Shown in pieces: positions 15,622 to 16,152 of a stretch of 16,152 nt of DNA. A model generated the notes under the pieces. It was not told the DNA's origin and ran no database searches. It saw nothing but the letters and a program-made list of their open reading frames with translations. Position 1 is the stretch's first letter. Every line of letters begins with the position of its first letter. The stretch is from contig CALBJC010000061.1 of assembly GCA_937892655.1 (NCBI GenBank), forward strand, positions 1-16,152. Direction: 5' to 3'. A program made the translations under genes and the position numbers. This stretch comes from an uncultured Clostridia bacterium (GTDB lineage Bacteria; Bacillota; Clostridia; Oscillospirales; Ruminococcaceae).

Positions 15622-15650
15622 ATAATACAATATTCTTAACAAATTGTCAA
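15622..15650 (-). promoter_or_regulatory. Consensus sigma-A promoter for the NfeD-flotillin operon
   Basis: Minus strand: TTGACA (15645-15650), a 17-nt spacer, then TG-extended TATTAT (15622-15627). Confidence 0.6.
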
Positions 15651-15695
15651 TATAACTATTGTGGTTTTTAGCATTTTTTTGACATTAAAATACAA

Positions 15696-15722
15696 AGCCC
15701 GCAGATACATTCTGCGGGCTTT
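15696..15722 (-). terminator. Rho-independent terminator of the right-edge ORF
   Basis: AGCCCGCAG-atacatt-CTGCGGGCT. On the minus strand it is followed by UUGUAUUUUAAU. Confidence 0.65.
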
Positions 15723-15731
15723 GATTTATAG

Positions 15732-16148
15732 CTAAATCTTACTGCTTTTTTGATTTGTAAAAACAACTGTCTGTGCTGAAAAATCGCATTTATCGTAGCC
15801 GTTCTTTGCTCTTTTGAGCTTTCTTGCCTCAGGGGTATTCTCAGCCTCGACAACCGTTTTCTTCTTATCTGAAATGCCGACAGCGTCTTTAACTTGCTTT
15901 TGAGCCTTTTCAATATCGGGTGAATTTGGTTTCTCAGCATTATCTGAAATCTTCTGACCTTCGTCTTCAACAGGCTTTTGAGAAATATCTTCTTTTGCAT
16001 TTTCGGCGATGATTTCTTTTTCTGCCTGCTTTGCTTCCTTTAAATCCTGCTCTGCCTTGAATTTTTCAGCTTCGGTAGGCAGCTTTGCATAATTGCCTTC
16101 CTTTACAAACTCTTCCATAACGGCATTTAATTTTACAAGCTTACCCAT
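15732..16148 (-). CDS. Hypothetical Glu/Lys-rich, likely disordered protein. The ORF stays open to the right window edge, so it may be the C-terminal part of a longer protein.
   Basis: ATG at 16146-16148, but the upstream in-frame codon (16149-16151) is GGT, not a stop. The 138 aa are low-complexity (AEKFKAEQDLKEAKQAEKE…) with no catalytic motifs I recognise. A terminator follows the gene. Confidence 0.45.
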   Translation of the reverse strand: MGKLVKLNAVMEEFVKEGNYAKLPTEAEKFKAEQDLKEAKQAEKEIIAENAKEDISQKPVEDEGQKISDNAEKPNSPDIEKAQKQVKDAVGISDKKKTVVEAENTPEARKLKRAKNGYDKCDFSAQTVVFTNQKSSKI

Positions 16149-16152
16149 TACC

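Noticed and set aside
15589-15642. Track start (TTG 15642) for the NfeD-like ORF
   Set aside because: The extension contains the operon's own TTGACA-17-TATTAT promoter, so it cannot be translated from that transcript.
15152-16000. ORFs 15152..15349 and 15353..15583 (+), and 15668..16000 (-)
   Set aside because: The first two are antisense to the NfeD gene. The third is an alternative frame of the E/K-rich ORF that crosses the terminator hairpin.
1-16152. Searched for CRISPR repeats, tRNA-like T-loop motifs (GTTCRANYC), rRNA, IS or transposase or integrase remnants, and long direct or inverted repeats
   Set aside because: None found. The only repeats are the short CTTTACCT boxes, terminator palindromes, and the 24-bp operator-like palindrome reported above.

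Overview
Low-GC Firmicutes/Clostridia-type chromosomal segment, probably from a spore-forming anaerobe: it carries dpaAB/spoVFAB, ordinary sigma-A promoters and GGAGG-type ribosome-binding sites. It is gene-dense and mostly ordinary. I found no CRISPR array, tRNA/rRNA gene, integrase or transposase. I support 15 protein-coding genes from the sequence.

Minus strand, left end: a 3'-truncated fused-duplicated FtsX ABC permease and a MacB/LolD-like ABC ATPase. These sit behind a roughly 200-nt leader that carries an attenuator-like intrinsic terminator. Upstream of that is an Rrf2-family regulator with its own terminator.

Plus strand: a sodium:solute symporter and a canonical phenylacetate-CoA ligase (PaaK), each with its own promoter and terminator.

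Minus strand: dpaB and dpaA. I revise the dpaA start to the internal ATG at 8360.

Plus strand: a peptide-antibiotic-resistance-like module: an OmpR-family response regulator, then a promoter carrying three phased CTTTACCT direct repeats, then an ABC-2 ATPase, an ABC-2 permease and a single-transmembrane histidine kinase with no sensor domain.

Plus strand: prfC, with a TTG start.

Minus strand: a flotillin gene and an NfeD-like gene (start revised to TTG at 15588; consensus promoter found), then an E/K-rich ORF that runs off the right edge.

The most interesting non-coding signals are these:
(i) the attenuator leader, including a GC-richer possible aptamer, in front of the MacB/FtsX transporter;
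(ii) the phased response-regulator boxes, which replace a -35 element;
(iii) a 24-bp near-perfect palindrome between the divergent Rrf2 and symporter genes.

I do not see a clearly novel multi-gene system in this window. The candidates worth follow-up are regulatory.
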